In this document: in pieces, positions 40,546 to 63,208 of the stretch | Layout: each line of letters opens with the position of its first letter | How positions within the stretch are numbered: the first letter of the stretch is position 1 | Assembly (NCBI RefSeq): GCF_009914755.1 | Contig: NC_060933.1 | Strand: one strand, 5' to 3' | From: the human T2T-CHM13v2.0 reference genome, Homo sapiens | Length of the DNA stretch: 64,000 bases | Made by a program: the position numbers and the translations under genes | Notes under the pieces: model-generated | What the model was told of the DNA's origin: nothing | The model's input: only the letters and a program-made list of their open reading frames with translations | Database searches by the model: none

Positions 40546-42399
40546 TGAATAAACTGTAGCTAGTATTATGATAGCTTATTTTAAGGCAAAAACTAACAAA
40601 GCATCTACTCCAAAATTCCATTTGGCAAGTCTCACACATCTTTGTAATTGAAAGAACTGGACATAGATGGATGCGCAGTGAAATAAGCATGATCAATAAT
40701 GAGTCACCTTAAAAGCAGACACAAGAACTGTCACCATGGAATCCTAACTAAAAACGTAACTCAAGATGGGGAGGGGGAAAAGACAAGAATTTTCACTCTA
40801 GGTTTGATTAAAGAACCCAGATTATTTACAAAGGATTTTTGAATGGAAACAATGGCACTTTTTAATAATCACATTGCTTAGGATCAACAGTTGCTGTGGT
40901 AATTAAGTGCATGAACAAGGCCTACAACATTTCATGATCTTCAACAAGTGTCTAGTAGAAACCACTGTCCTCCCACTCCCATGCCCACTGCCCACTGGCA
41001 CAGCTGTAAGCAATGCTATCTGAATTAAATAGGCAATTTTCATGGCAACCCCCAAAAGGAAGGCTTCAATTAGCTCCACTTTACAGAGTAGCAAATGACG
41101 GCACAGAGACTGACTACTCAAACTCACATGAGTAGAAATGGCCAAGCAAGGATTTGAACCCAAGCTGCCTGGCTCCAGAGCCTGCCCGCTAATTACAATT
41201 TGCTTACAAGTCAGGTTACTTACGATGATGATAAGAATGATGACTACTATTCCTGTAACTACATGTAGTACAATTAGTTAAATTAACTTTTATTAAAATC
41301 CAATATAATACAATTTATATAATCAATAATACCATAGACCATATTAGTGTAAATGCATACTAATTTTTTAATTCAATCGCCAACAGAAAGGAATTGTGCA
41401 TGTCATTTTTATTAAAATTGAGCAACTGTTTTATCTCAATGTATAAACACAATGAAAAGATTAACTGGAGGAAAAATCAACTGTGTAGAATGGGATTAAG
41501 AAATAAAGTAAAATATCAAGATAAACTGCTTTTAAAATCAGTTGAAGATTTAATATAGCCCTGGAAGGTTTCAATTATTTACATGCTTGGTCTATACAGT
41601 ATAAGTCCAAGTTAATGAGATTCAATTGCTATGTATAAATTTGAATCAGGACAACCCGATTGTCTACAAGAAAACAGCAGCTTGGGCTTCTGTGTTAATA
41701 ACTCTTCGAAACAAAGCTTATGGGTCAGGAAGAGAAACATCATTTTTGCGGCACATTATTGACTGCAGTGGGTTTGGAGAGAAATGGCTCCATTTGGTAA
41801 AATACAAACCCTAAGACAAGTTGCAAGGGATCCACAGTCTATTGATCAATACCACTGTTCTTCGAACAACAAGGCTAACGCTAATAATTTACATTGTCTC
41901 TTTGTCCTATAGAAATTATGAAGTCCCAAGAGAACCCTTCTTTGTGAAGCTCCCTGTATCTAGTACCAAGGGCTCTGGCATGCTATGTCATGAGGTGGAA
42001 CACAACAGATGTTAATAGGGCACTGGCCAGCTCCCAGCACCTCCCGGTTACCATCTTCCTAAAGGCACTGTGCACAGCAATATATGATACTGTAGGTACC
42101 ATCAAATGGCATTCTAAAGCAAAGTGATCCATTTAAGATCAATCCACAATCCTCTTTGCACACAGCACACCCCTTCAATACAGGCATAAATGGGATTCTA
42201 GGGGCATAAAGGAAGGTGGGGCTATCTCGGCCTGGAAATAAGGGTAGGCATTTGAAAGATGACATTAGAGCCCCATCTCAAAGAATGCACAGCCGTTTTG
42301 CCAGAAGGGGCAGCAGGTGGAGAAGGGTGCCATAGGCAGAAATGCAGGTACAAAGCATAAAAGCACCAGGCATGGGAATCTTGTTCCTAAGGAGCCCCT

Positions 42400-42567
42400 G
42401 GAAATGGGAAGGTATTTTTGCTTGTCACAGTAAGTCAGGGAGCTATTGGCATTTAGCAGATTGGAGCCAGGAATGCTAAACCTTCTGCAATACGCTGGCC
42501 AGTTCCATAGACTGGAACTGAAATTGTTCCATCCAAACTGCCAACAGTGCCTCCACTGAGAAACATT
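42400..42567 (+). mobile_element. MER20-like hAT relic
   Basis: tttttgcttgtcaca...gctattggcatttag...gccaggaatgctaaac...tgagaaaca. Confidence 0.6.
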
Positions 42568-44191
42568 AGAGAATACTGAGGATACCCAGGGAAGGGAGGA
42601 GAGAGGGAAGAAGAGGAGAAAGGTCAACTGAGGCCGGGTTATACAGACCATGTACACCACCTATCCTAGAAAGGGGGGGCTTTATCCTGCAAGCAACAGG
42701 AGCCAACAGGGTAGCAGACTGGCATCTCTGGAATGATGAGTCCAGTGTGGAAGATGAGGGGAGGCAGAGTGTTTCAAAGCAGGTAGACCAGGAGACCAAT
42801 GAGACGGCTGGAGCAAGGGTTCAGACGACAGGAGATGAGAGCAGTGAAGATGGGGTGGGGGGCTAGTGTGCAGGGACGAGGTAGGCTGATAGCACATCAG
42901 GAAGAATGCATGTGGCATTGTGGGTGACAATGGGGATGCCACCCGCAATGTAATCAGTGCTAGAGATTACAGTTTGGGGTTATCTTTCACATAGTATTTG
43001 ATCAATAAGCATTTGTTACAAGAATGGAGATAAGTATTGGAACAGAAAAATGTTAAATTGGAGACAAGTTGCAAGGGATCCAAAGGGTGTAGGATAAGCG
43101 TAAGACAAGTAGTCTGGCCTGAAAACATCCAGCATTTATCACTGACTAAAACTGAATTAGACAGCCTTAAAAAAATAAAAATAAAAATAAAGGTAGTGGT
43201 AGTACTATGCATTCACTCAACCCACTTTTCTAAATTTTAAAAACAGTTTCACCCTGTCTCAAAAAGGCAAGTGCCACCTGTTTCTACCTAGCATTAATTT
43301 CATACATTCAAAATATTTTAAAAGTAAAATCCAATAAAATTCCCTTGGAGGTGGAATTGCCTTCTCCAACATTTAAATTCACTATTGTAAATGCCAGCCA
43401 TTGAAATATACCTGCTAGGGATAGAGGAATATGTTTTCCACCTCTTTGGGACAAATGCAGTTGAAATTTGTGGAAGGAAACCAGAGATCTGAATTACGGG
43501 GCTTTCAAAGGTATCTTTAGAAATTATGAGTCTGATGATTTGGGCACATTAGCATTTTTGAAAAAGGGGGACAATCTAGATTGCCTAACTAGGCTACTGC
43601 TAATGTAGACTAAATATTTTTGTGGAATCTTAGGGAAACTCTGTTATCCTTAAGTCCTAAACATACATTCACTGGACAGATATAAGTGCACCACTGCCTC
43701 TGGGAATGACTGTGCTGTAGAAATTAACTAAACAGACAATGTATACCTAGTAAGTAGTATTTGCCAAGCAAACAAACAAACAACTCCCTGAAATTAGTTC
43801 TAAGAAAAAACCATTTATCTCTAAATTTGACTTAGTATGTTTTTGACACAAAATAAAAACTATGTAACATAAAGTGTTTTCTTTCTGCATGACTTAGCTG
43901 TCAGAAAACTGAAAAACAGGTTTAATGCCCAAGCATTTTTTTTTCAAGCTGCTCCAGTCTGGTGCCTGAAAGCAACTCCTTCTGCTTCCTGTACGCGGCC
44001 ATTTTCTTCAACAGTAGGATCTCTCCCACTGTGCTTTAATGTGCAAGCCACCAGAAATTCACCCGGAAATGAAACACACATGTTCCAGTGTACTGAGTAT
44101 GAAACAAGAGTTCAGAGAATAGAAGCTGGACCTGCAGGTCAGCAGAAAGCCTACGGAGAACGGCCTCCCAGTTCTAGCTAAGGCCTATGAC

Positions 44192-44368
44192 CAGCGTCCT
44201 TAACCTGCTTTGGGAATGAGCCTCCTATTCTAATGAAAGTCACAGACCCTCTCCCTCAGAAGAAGGCACAGAAGGACATCCACACACAGAAAACTGCGGG
44301 GTTCAGAGGTTTCCTGAAACCCATCCACCACCTCCCAGGAGTTCATGGACCCAAGGTTAAGAGCCCTG
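44192..44368. mobile_element. Short hAT-type MITE with terminal inverted repeats
   Basis: 5' cagcgtccttaacct versus reverse complement of the 3' end, cagggctcttaacct. Confidence 0.65.
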
Positions 44369-45101
44369 AGATAAAGATAATAGCAATTTCAAGAGTAGGG
44401 AGTAGGGAGGAGGAGGATGGGGAACTCCCACAAAATGACATTACTAGGTTTTAGACAGAATGCCGTATTTACACGGAACTTGAAATCACTTGCCTCCAAA
44501 AGATAAAAAGCCAAGTACAGCTTTGGCATACATATTTAAGATGGAAGCATAGCACATATTTTGCCTAAGAGATCTCAGAATTGAGTGGGCCCAGAACAAT
44601 TTGAGGCAGTTCTCAGCCTCGGTTGCTGGGTCCTGAGTTCACCTTTGGCTACAGGGAGATTGGAGACTCTAGGGAGCTGAGGGCCAAGTGGGTGGCAAGC
44701 AAGCAAGCATGACATGCTGCAGGCTGGGGAAGAGCTGAGCATTTGGCTTCAAGTGATTTTTTTTTTAAGGATGAAAGTTTGAACTCTCAAGTCAGACTGG
44801 GATCCAAATTGTCACTCTGTCACTTAGTACTGTAGCACTGTGGGCTTGAGCCTCTTCAAGCCTGTTTTTTCATTTGGAAAATGGGGGATAATGCCACCCA
44901 CCTCCTGGGGTCCCAAGTAGGGGTGAGTACAACAGTGCGGATAAAGACTGCACACAGTGCCCAGCACAGGGAATGCTCCTAAGAACAAAGACACTGGCTG
45001 AGGAAACCTCTAGCATCAGGTCACTATGTACCCCATGAATTTTATACTTGAAAGGAAACTTTATACTGTAAATTGTAATTCTAAGAATAATGCATAATTC
45101 T

Positions 45102-45407
<306 letters not shown>

Positions 45408-45724
45408 TTAATGCATGATTCTAGTAAAAGTGATCAAACAATACTTCGGTGTCTTAAGCAGAAAGTAAAGAAACTAATGATCTTGCCCCACCCACCATGA
45501 CATAAACACTCCTCTCTAACAGTGCAGTGTACAGATATCCCCTCTAGCCTGTTTACAAGTGCGCTTATCAATAGGTATATGTCTGTTTTTCTCAAAACCA
45601 GGATTGCACAGTCTGTATTTCAGGCTCATTTAATAATATATCATTCCCTAATTGCTCATCTCAGTATTTGAAAGAAGACATTTAATTTTCATCTCTTTAC
45701 ACATACATGCATGAATCTGAATCA

Positions 45725-46350
45725 ACACTTACTCAACCAATAATTACTCAACACCTACTATGTGCCAGGCATTCTTCTAGGGGGTTGGGACATATCAATG
45801 AACAAAAGAGACAAACATCTCTCCTGTGTGGAACTTAGGGTCTTTCCAGAGGAAACACAAAAGCAATAAGCATAACAATAAGGAAATCATATCCTACATT
45901 AGAAAGTGATAAGTACAACGAAAGAAAATAAAGGCTGTTAAGGAGATAAGGAGTTGGGGTGTAGTCAGTTGCACTTGGTGGTAGAAGAGACAGGAGAGCA
46001 GAGCCTTGAAGACTAGGAGGAATGGGGGCCTGGGGAAACCTTTGGCCAAAGGCCTTAAGGCAGCGCTGGGCCTAGTGGTGGGGGAGAGGGGGTGGAGTCA
46101 GGGCAGATGATGGGCTGTCACAGGGGACACAGGCTTTCACTGGAGGGAGATGGGGAGCCATTGGAGGTTCTGAAGAGAGAAGATACATGCCTGATTTTCC
46201 CTATAAAAGGCTCTGGCTTCACGTGGAGAACTGATGAGAGGCAGGATGGCAGTGGGGAGGCCAGGCAGGAGGCAGCTATAATAATCTAGGTGTGAGGGAC
46301 CAGAGGCTTGGAGAGGGATGGCGGCATTGCGGAGAGTAGAAGCAACAGTC
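45725..46350 (-). mobile_element. L2 remnant
   Basis: cacctactatgtgccaggcattcttctagg...ggagccattggaggttctgaag. Confidence 0.65.
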
Positions 46351-46723
46351 AGATTCTGGGCCAAACACATATCATTTCATCCAATGTGGATATCTAAATA
46401 TGCATGCTTACAAATGTTAATTTCTTATTCTGAAACAACTTTAAACAATTTCAGGCTCACAGAAAGTTCCAACAATAGTACAAAGAATTCCCGTACACCC
46501 TTCATCTAGGTGTCCTGTTAGCACTACCCTGCACCTGCCGCAAACTCACATCTGCACTCTCTCTGCACACACACCCAGTCCGTCGTCAAACTGTCACCCA
46601 TAAATTTTAGCATCCATTGATGATTCTTGATTCTTGTCTGAAACAATTACTATGGTTGCTACCCAATTTTCTGGTTTCTTTTACATTTCTTAGTTCACAT
46701 TCTACTGTAAGAAAGAGCTTTCC

Positions 46724-47510
46724 TTCATCATCACTGGCCATCAGAGAAATGCAAATCAAAACCACAATGAGATACCATCTCGCACCAGTTAAAATGGCGA
46801 TAATTAAAAAGTCAGGAAACAACAGGTGCTGGAGAGAATGTGGAGAAATAGGAACACTTTTACACTGTTGGTGGGACTGTAAACTAGTTCAACCATTGTG
46901 GAAGACAGTGTGGCAATTCCTCAAGGATCTAGAACTAGAAATACCATTTGACCCAGCCATCCCATTACTGGGCATATACCCAAAGGATTATAAATCATGC
47001 AGCTATAAAGACACATGCACACGTATGTTTACTGCGGCACTATTCACAATAGCAAAGACTTGGAACCAACCCAAATGTCCAACGATAGACTGGATTAAGA
47101 AAATGTGGTACATACACACCATGGAATACTATGCAGCCATAAAAAAGGATGAGTTTCATGTCCTTTGTAGGGACATGGATGAAGCTGGAAACCATCATTC
47201 TGAGCAAACTATCGCAAGGACAGAAAACCAAACACTGCATGTTCTCACTCATAGGTGGGAACTGAATAATGAGAACACTTGGACACAGGGTAGGGAACAT
47301 CACACACCGGGGCCTGTCACGGGGAGGGGGGAGGGGGAGGGATAGCATTAGGAGAAATACCTAATGTAAATGACGAGTTAACGGATGCAGCACACCAGTG
47401 TGGCACATGTATACATATGTAACAAACCTGCACATTGTGCACATGTACCCTAGAACTTAAAGTATAATAAAAAATAAAATAAAATAAAATAATAAAAATA
47501 AAAATAAAAA
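46724..47510 (+). mobile_element. 5'-truncated L1PA (about PA4-6): ORF2 C-terminus, 3' UTR and A tail
   Basis: Encodes [18 protein letters not shown]...WNQPKCP; TSD aagaaagagctttcc at 46709-46723 and 47511-47525. Confidence 0.96.
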
Positions 47511-47562
47511 AAGAAAGAGCTTTCCCACAGCTATTGTTAAAGAAATGAGCAATATACCGTGA

Positions 47563-48276
<714 letters not shown>

Positions 48277-50309
48277 TAGGCTCATCTTTTCCTGCTCCTG
48301 TTCTGGAATCAGCCACTTCTCCAAGGAGTTCCTATTAGTGAGAATGATATTTAGAAACTAATATGTGGATGATAGTTGTGCTCACTGTTGCTGGGGTCTC
48401 ACTGCTTCTAGACCTTCTCAGCAGACAGAATTGGGAAACGTGCACTCCTGTGTACAGACACATCTATATCTATTTCTACATCCATACATTAAAAACAATC
48501 CATTGATACTGATACTTCCAATCGCAGTCCAACACACTGAGGGTTGACTTTTGGCATTCTACTTTCCATCTTTATAACTTCTCTCTCCAAAGGGATGAAA
48601 CTTGGCTCCCATTATCCACAATTTATTTCCGTATTTGCTCAAACCTAGAATACACATAGTTTCAGAATCACTAATCCAAACCACTGTGAAAAACCAGCCA
48701 ACCAACTGAAGTTTAATATTAGTTCACAGTTATTATAATCCCTAGCTTAAGGGTTTAGGGTCAAAATGTCAAGTTCAAAGGTTACTAGTGTTAGTTCTCT
48801 ATCCCTCTCCTATCCCCTAAGGCATGGTCACATTATTCAATTGAAATACATTTCAATTTACTTGTTTTGCATTCTTCTTTTTTAAAATCTTGTCCAGTTT
48901 ATTTACTTTTTCAAGTATGTGAAACATTCACATGTTCTAACAGTCAGAACTACATAAGAAGGTATGCTCAGAGTCAGGCCTCCCCAACACACACCTGCTT
49001 TCCTCTATTCCCCGCTCCTCACCTGTGACATGCCTTTCCCATCTACCCACCCATAACCAATTTCTCTGCTTCAGGTTTCTCTTTCCTGTGTTGTTTCCCC
49101 AGTAGAAATGAGCAGATAAGGGTATTTTATATCTCCCTTTTTCCAGAAAAAGTAAGCGTATTAAGGATACTCTTGCATTTTGCTTTTTTTCTATTAACAA
49201 TATATCCTGGCAATCACTGCATGTGAGTCATAGAGGTCTTTCTCATTCTTTTCTGAAGATGGAAAAAAAAGTGACGTGGCTCCATTGTGCGAGTGTATCA
49301 TAATGTATTCAATCACACGCCTCTGCACAGGCATTTCGGCTATTTCCAATATTCTACAATTACAAACAAGCTTCAGTTAATAGTGGTATATATGTATTTT
49401 CATATATTGCTGGAAGTGTGATGTACATAGTTTTCTTAGACATTGCCAAAGTCCCTTCAAAACAGTTGGATGAATCTGCATTCTCATTAGCAAGGTATGA
49501 GAGGGCGTTTCCCCACAGCCTTTACCAACAGAACCTGTTGTTATGTTTTTTTAATTTTTGCCAATCTGGTAGGTGAGAAATGGTACCTCAGTGCAATTTT
49601 AATTCGCATTTCCCTAATTATGGGTAAGGTTGAACATCTTTTCATCTGTTTAAGTATCTCATATATATATTTAAAATTTGGTGAATTGTCTGTTTCTTTT
49701 CCTCATTTTCTATCCCATTTTTGGTGTTTTACCCTATATTTTTATGATTTAAAAAATAATTTTAGGGATATTAGTCCTGTCTGTAATGTATGTTGCAAAT
49801 ATTTTCTCCCAGCTTGGCTGTCTTTTGATTTTCTAATGATGTTTTTGACCATCTGAAGGTGTTTTTCCTTTTTATGACTGAGGCCCTACTGACCTGAGAT
49901 GCCACCTGCATCATACTCAATTTCCACATGTACTTGGGTCTATGTCTAGGCTATTTTATTCTACTAGCCTGTTTGTCTACTTATGAGCCAGTACTGCACT
50001 GTTCTAATGATACAGGTTTTAGGGTATGTTTTAATGCTTGACAGGGCTAGCTCCCTTGGTAGCTTTTCTTTTTGTGGTGTTTTCCTATCCTTTAATGCAT
50101 ACCTATTTTTCCACATCATCACCACCTTTAAAAAGCTTTCAATAAGTGTGTTAAATTAATTCATATTTATTGATATGACTGATATGTGTGGTCTCAACTT
50201 GGTCATATCATTCTATAGTTATGTGTGTAATATTTTCAGTGTTTCTTTCTCTAGGTGATATTTTCTTTGCTTGTTTATTTATTTAGGTCTACATTTTTGT
50301 TCTCACGCT

Positions 50310-50425
50310 TACCCAATAGATGACAGGAACATCACTTTCCCCAGGTTGTGGCAATTAAAAATATCTCTAGGCCTTGCCAAATGTCTGCTGGGAGGCAAAA
50401 ATCACTCCCAGTTAAGAACCACTGT
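50310..50425 (-). mobile_element. MER20 fragment
   Basis: ttgccaaatgtc...ggcaaaaatcactcccagttaagaaccactg. Confidence 0.65.
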
Positions 50426-50527
50426 CCTAAACCAAGCAATTCCACTCCTAGGAATAGATCCAAGAAAAACTGTAGCCCACGGGTACTATGGAATACGAAC
50501 AAGAATGTTCTGAGCAGGACTGTTTAT

Positions 50528-50719
50528 TTGATTATTTTATTCTTATTTTTTTGTGGGTACATAAGAGTTGTATATATTTATGGAATACATTAGATGTTTT
50601 GATACAGGCATGCAATGCATAATAACCGTATCATGGAGAATGGGGTGTCTTTCCCCTCAAGCATTTATATTTTGTGTTACAAACAATCCAATTATACTCT
50701 TCATTATTTTAAAATGTAA
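50528..50719 (-). mobile_element. Short L1MA(1-2) 3'-end insertion inside an older L1M
   Basis: 16-bp TSD gagcaggactgtttat at 50512-50527 and 50720-50735. Confidence 0.88.
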
Positions 50720-53590
50720 GAGCAGGACTGTTTATAATAGAAAAACAGAAACCCAGAAATAAATCGAATGACCATTGATTGAAAAATGGATAAATAAATT
50801 AGTATATATTCTGATAATGGAATATTTCCTATCAGTGAAAATGAATAAGCTATAGCTAAACCAACAAATTGAATGAAATTTAGTAAAAAACACAAAATGT
50901 TCAGTGAAAAATTAAGTCCCTGAAGATAACATATAATCCCTTTAAAATAAATTAAGTTAAAACCCAGGGAAAATTAAAGAATAAATTTAGGAATATGCAT
51001 ATATATATGGTGAAGCATCCCCTCCAAAACAGGAGAGAGAATGATAAACACGCCAGGGGACAGCAGCTCCTGCGGGGGCGGTGGGGGGCAATCCCAGGCA
51101 GCACAGGCTGCCAATCATGCTGCAGCTCCTGGTCCAGTTCTATGTTCAAAGATGCCCACTGCACTATAAATAAACCAATATGAAAGGGCCATGCCTGCGT
51201 TAGTGATGACAGTGTGTCATGAGTCAAGGGTCACGATGAATCCAAATTTGTACATCTGAATTTAAAATGACAGGGACACCTCACTAAGCAGGGAGCCCTC
51301 CTCCCAGCCTGTGAGGCCCAGACTGGTGTCTCCTGCTTAGGTGGTGTCAACTTCTCCCTTTCTTCCCCTCACTCCTGTGCTCTGGCCACCCCGCTTCTGT
51401 TCTTCTGAGCTTTATCACCATCTGGCATCATTTTATGCAAGTTGCTGGTCTCTTGTCCATTTTCTATGCTACAGACAGGCTCCGTGAGGGCAAAAACTTC
51501 GTGTGGTCCACGCCGAACAGTGCCTAGAACTATGCCTTTATCTCCAGGGGCTCAGTGAGTATTTACTGAATAAATATGAACGCCTTAGTAGCATATCTCA
51601 TAAGCCAGTTTGACACTAGAGCTGGGACTTACCAAAAAGGCCAGCCTTCATCAGAACTCCAAGGGCACAAAGGAATTCTCAAAATGTACTCCACAGATTA
51701 CCTGAGACTCAGCTGAGATGCCCAAGAAACACAGCAGTGAGAAAAGGGAGAGCTCCAGGACGCCACCGTCCTTCCCCTCACTCCCTGCTTCCCCTCTAGC
51801 CGTCCTGGCCTCCTGGGTTCCCCAGAGCTGCTGAATTGGAATTTCTGTACTGCCTGTCAAGAATGTGCATTTCCCACAAACTACGCTGGTGACTCTTAGT
51901 CCTTTTCAAGCCTGAGCACTATTGAACTCAGTGGAGAAATCAAGGCCCCAAATAATTAAGCAGTCTAGCAATTCAACAGTCTTTCCTACCTCAAAGAACT
52001 CGGGGTGGAGTACAATGAGATAATGTTAGTCTAAATGGTTGAAAACAAGATGTGTCATTCACAAGCAGGGTATGAATACGTTATGGAAATTGAAGGTTGG
52101 TTAAAATGTCGATTTAGAAAGACTGATAAATGAGTTTCATCCTTTGCAAATCAAATAACATCTAAATAAACATGATAAAATACCAATATATATTTTCAGT
52201 GTCATGGTTGAAGCTTTTTTCTTTTCTTACATTTTTCTACCTAATAGATCAGTCAAAAATTGTAAATTAATATTTTAAATGCCGAGAGAAGCCAGCAGCT
52301 TGTTCCAGTCTGATTCAGTTAAGCTCTTAAAATATTTTGACTGTTTGAAGAAAATTAATAATGGGATGTTAGGCGGTAGATTAACTGACACTAAATATCA
52401 ACATAGCTAGATTTATTTTTGGATAACTGTGCTCATCTCTTCAAAGAACGGAAGCAAGATTTATTAAATCATGAGTTATTAATTTACACAATACCAAAAC
52501 AGCCCCGAAACAGAGCAGACAGCACCACAATGTATTTAAAGATTATGCAAGAGGCTGCAAGTTTAGATTTGACATTAGCTAGGGCTTGGATTGTATAGGC
52601 TACAGTTGATTACCTAAGGCTTACAAGGACACGAGAAGTTAAGCCAGTAACTGTCTTGGCAATTTCAGAATCAAATCAGTCACAAGTGTCATTCCTTCTC
52701 CCCTGAGTAGCCAAAGAGCAGATCCCCATTTCTGCCAATATGGACAAACAGATACATATGAAAGTCAAAGATGCTTTTATTTCTGCCATTCATGTATTCA
52801 TTCAGCAAATGCTGAGTGCCCATTTGTCCTTCCTCCCCTCCTCTCACCCCATCTCCTCTCCTAAGAGTGAACTCCCTGTGGGTTCACAATTGTGAAGGGG
52901 CCTCCAGCATGTGCTCCATATCAAACACAGTCCTCAGGCTAGGAGGTGACTACTCCTAAGGTTCTGATTGGCCCCGAAGCCCTGGTGCTTCCAGGCCAAC
53001 AACAAAAAGCTGGTTTGGCTTTAGATAAGCCAAGCTGAAATATACAGAGGGCTCAAAAAGTGCCAATTTGGTAGTCTCCCCCTCCCTTTTCCCTTTTTAT
53101 ACTCTGAAGAAACTGTCGATGATGGACTGAGACTCCCAATTACAGACTGGACCTGCCACGAGGGACAAAGGCCAGGGTTGCTCCAGGCACGTCAGGAGCT
53201 TCTTGGCAGGGACTGCTTGGTGAAGGAGGAAGCCAAAATGGGATCACCAAAACCTGCCTTTTGTCCATAAATTGCCTGAAGTCCAATGACTTCATGCTGT
53301 TTTCCCATGCATATGCACAAACAACCCCCAAGCCCTCTACACTCATATACCAAAAGCAGATGAGATTTAGAACAACAACAAAATCAGTGGAATGTGTTAC
53401 TGTAGAACCAAGGCTGTTTAACAGGAGCCGCTCTGGACACCCATGTGGGCACTGCAACATCAGGTTTCACAACTCAGGTGGCTCTTAGGAAAATGCCGTC
53501 TTTCCCTACTGATCACAACACCTCCCTGCTCCTCCAGAGAGGAGTCTGCACTGGCTCTGTGGCTTGGGCTAACACTTAAAAATGTATCCT

Positions 53591-60682
<7,092 letters not shown>

Positions 60683-60694
60683 AAAACAAGTATC

Positions 60695-61150
60695 CTGGTA
60701 TATGCAAGAGAATGCTCATGCCAACATTATTTATAAAGCAAAATTGTAACCAACCCCAACATGCCTTGGCAAGAGAAAGAATAAAGTGTGGACAGTCACA
60801 GGATGGACATTAGACGACAATGATCAAACTGCCAGATACGACCACCATCAGGGATACAGCTCAGAAACAATATACATAGTATGATACTATTTCTACACAG
60901 CTCAAAACTCAAGGAGGCATTATTTAGGGATACAGGCACATGTGGCAAATTGCATTTTAAAAATGAGAAGGGGTGCCTCTCAGGGTGGAGATGACCACGG
61001 GTCGGGAGGCAGGGACTGGGGAGGAGCCATATTGTTTATATTCTATTTCTCAAATTGAGTGATGAGCTCATGGGTTTATCTAAGCTTTATAATTTACATA
61101 TACATTACATATATTCTTTAGTATATATCAAATTACATAATTTAAAAATT
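60695..61150 (+). mobile_element. Old L1ME-type 3' fragment
   Basis: Degenerate ORF2 end and 3' UTR motifs. Confidence 0.5.
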
Positions 61151-61163
61151 TTAAGAAAAAATT

Positions 61164-61473
<310 letters not shown>

Positions 61474-63125
61474 TCACCAGCCTAGTGCCTGGTAGTCCAA
61501 ATCTTACTTGCCACCAGCATGACCTGTCCTCAGAGACAAGAGGAGGACAGCATCCTGGAGGCTTGGGGAGATAGGGATAGGTGTCCCCGCAGCCACGGGA
61601 AACAACTGCCTCCATTTCCTACTTGTCAGATGAGCACAGTTGGTGCTACCCACCTCGAGGGCCACAGTGAGGACCAGATGAGATAAGTGCTGTGTAAGCC
61701 ACAAGACTCTGTCCACACAGACGTTCACTGTGCCATACAGACGGCTGGTTCCTCTAGGGAATTACTTCCCCTCCACTCCTTGCAGTTCTGTGGGGCTGCC
61801 AAGGCCTGACTCCCCCATCCTCTGGGCTCAGGGCAAGGAGCAACTGCAGGCTAGGCCAGCAGGAGTGTTCTTCCCAGGTTGTATGCACAGGGATGGAAGG
61901 CGGTTAATACGGAATCATTTGGGCCATGGGGCCCCCTAAAAAACGTTGTCCTGATCTTGTTCCTGACATGCCTGGAGCTACTCTGGTTTTTGTCCTGCCG
62001 GGCAGGTCAGATTAATCACTGAGTCTGATGCACCTGGCACCATCAAACAGCAAAACCAAAACCAACTCTTTCCTTATGTAAGTCAATCAGAGTTTCTGTT
62101 GACTGCATTCAAGGAAGCCCAGCCAATTCAGGAGGAAATGCCGTTTTATTTCAAAAGCACAGGCACAGTTCGTACATTTGCCGAGGGAGGTAAAGGAAGG
62201 TGTCAGCTGAGACTGCTCAAGTGCACCCTGCTTCAACGGCCTCTTAACTGGTCTTTCCCCATCAGTCTCGCTTGCCCCCAAAGCCTTCAGGAATACACTG
62301 CATTCCAGAATAAATCAATTTATTCCAGATTCATCTCCAGAAAACACTTTTTGGGGAACAGGTGACTAGCAGTAGGTAGTGGGGGAGGTGGCATCTGTTG
62401 GTCCTGCTCCCCCTCCAGGTAGGAATTCCCATCACCCACCTCACGATGGATGTGGTAGCAGTGAATAGCCTAGAGATTTGCCATCTCATAAAATTCCAAC
62501 TTTTAATAGTAAATGCCAAATGCAGGCATTATGTTAAAAGTATGATTAACCCCATGGCCCATGGCAATCTGATTCTGAATCAAATCACCTACCACTGGCC
62601 CTGTAAGTAAGCACCAGCTTCTGTGAGTTCCTGTGTCGCTGAAGAAAGGTAACAAGTAGGCACCTAGATCCACGTGTCTGAATTAGCGGGGGTGGATGGG
62701 TGTTAGTGGTAGTAAATAAACAGGGCATATGAAATGTGATTCTTGCCTTGAATTGAGCCCCTAAACTCTCTCATCAGTCTATTAGGACAGAAGCTCCATG
62801 GGAAAGCAGGCGAGGTCGACCATCACTGTGAAATACATGCCTGCCTTCTCAGGTGGAAGGAACTCATCTGTGTGGCCTGTTTGCCTGGAATCCTGTTCCC
62901 TCTGCTCATTCCCTTCAATGCCAAATCCCACCCTCATTATGAAATGGGAGCTCAATGACCCAGAAATAATTTGAACAAACCTATTTCACTGAGGATGCAT
63001 TCATTTTTATCTTCATTAACTCTCTGGGGCCCTGTCAGGTATGCTGAGAGCAGGGTTTATGTTTCAACTGCTAGGTCTGGGGTATCTTAAAATCTGGGCA
63101 ATTTGTACATTTAACTGAGGCAGAC

Positions 63126-63208
63126 TTTTTTTTTTTTTTGAGACAGAGTCTCGCTCTTTTGCCCAGGCTGGAGTGCAATGGCGCGATCTCAGCTCACTGC
63201 AACCTCTG
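63126..63208 (-). mobile_element. Severely 5'-truncated Alu (83 bp)
   Basis: TSD gaggcagac at 63117-63125 and 63209-63217. Confidence 0.9.

Noticed and set aside
46617-47345. 242-aa ORF
   Set aside because: L1 ORF2 C-terminal remnant of a truncated L1PA, frameshifted at the end; not a host gene.
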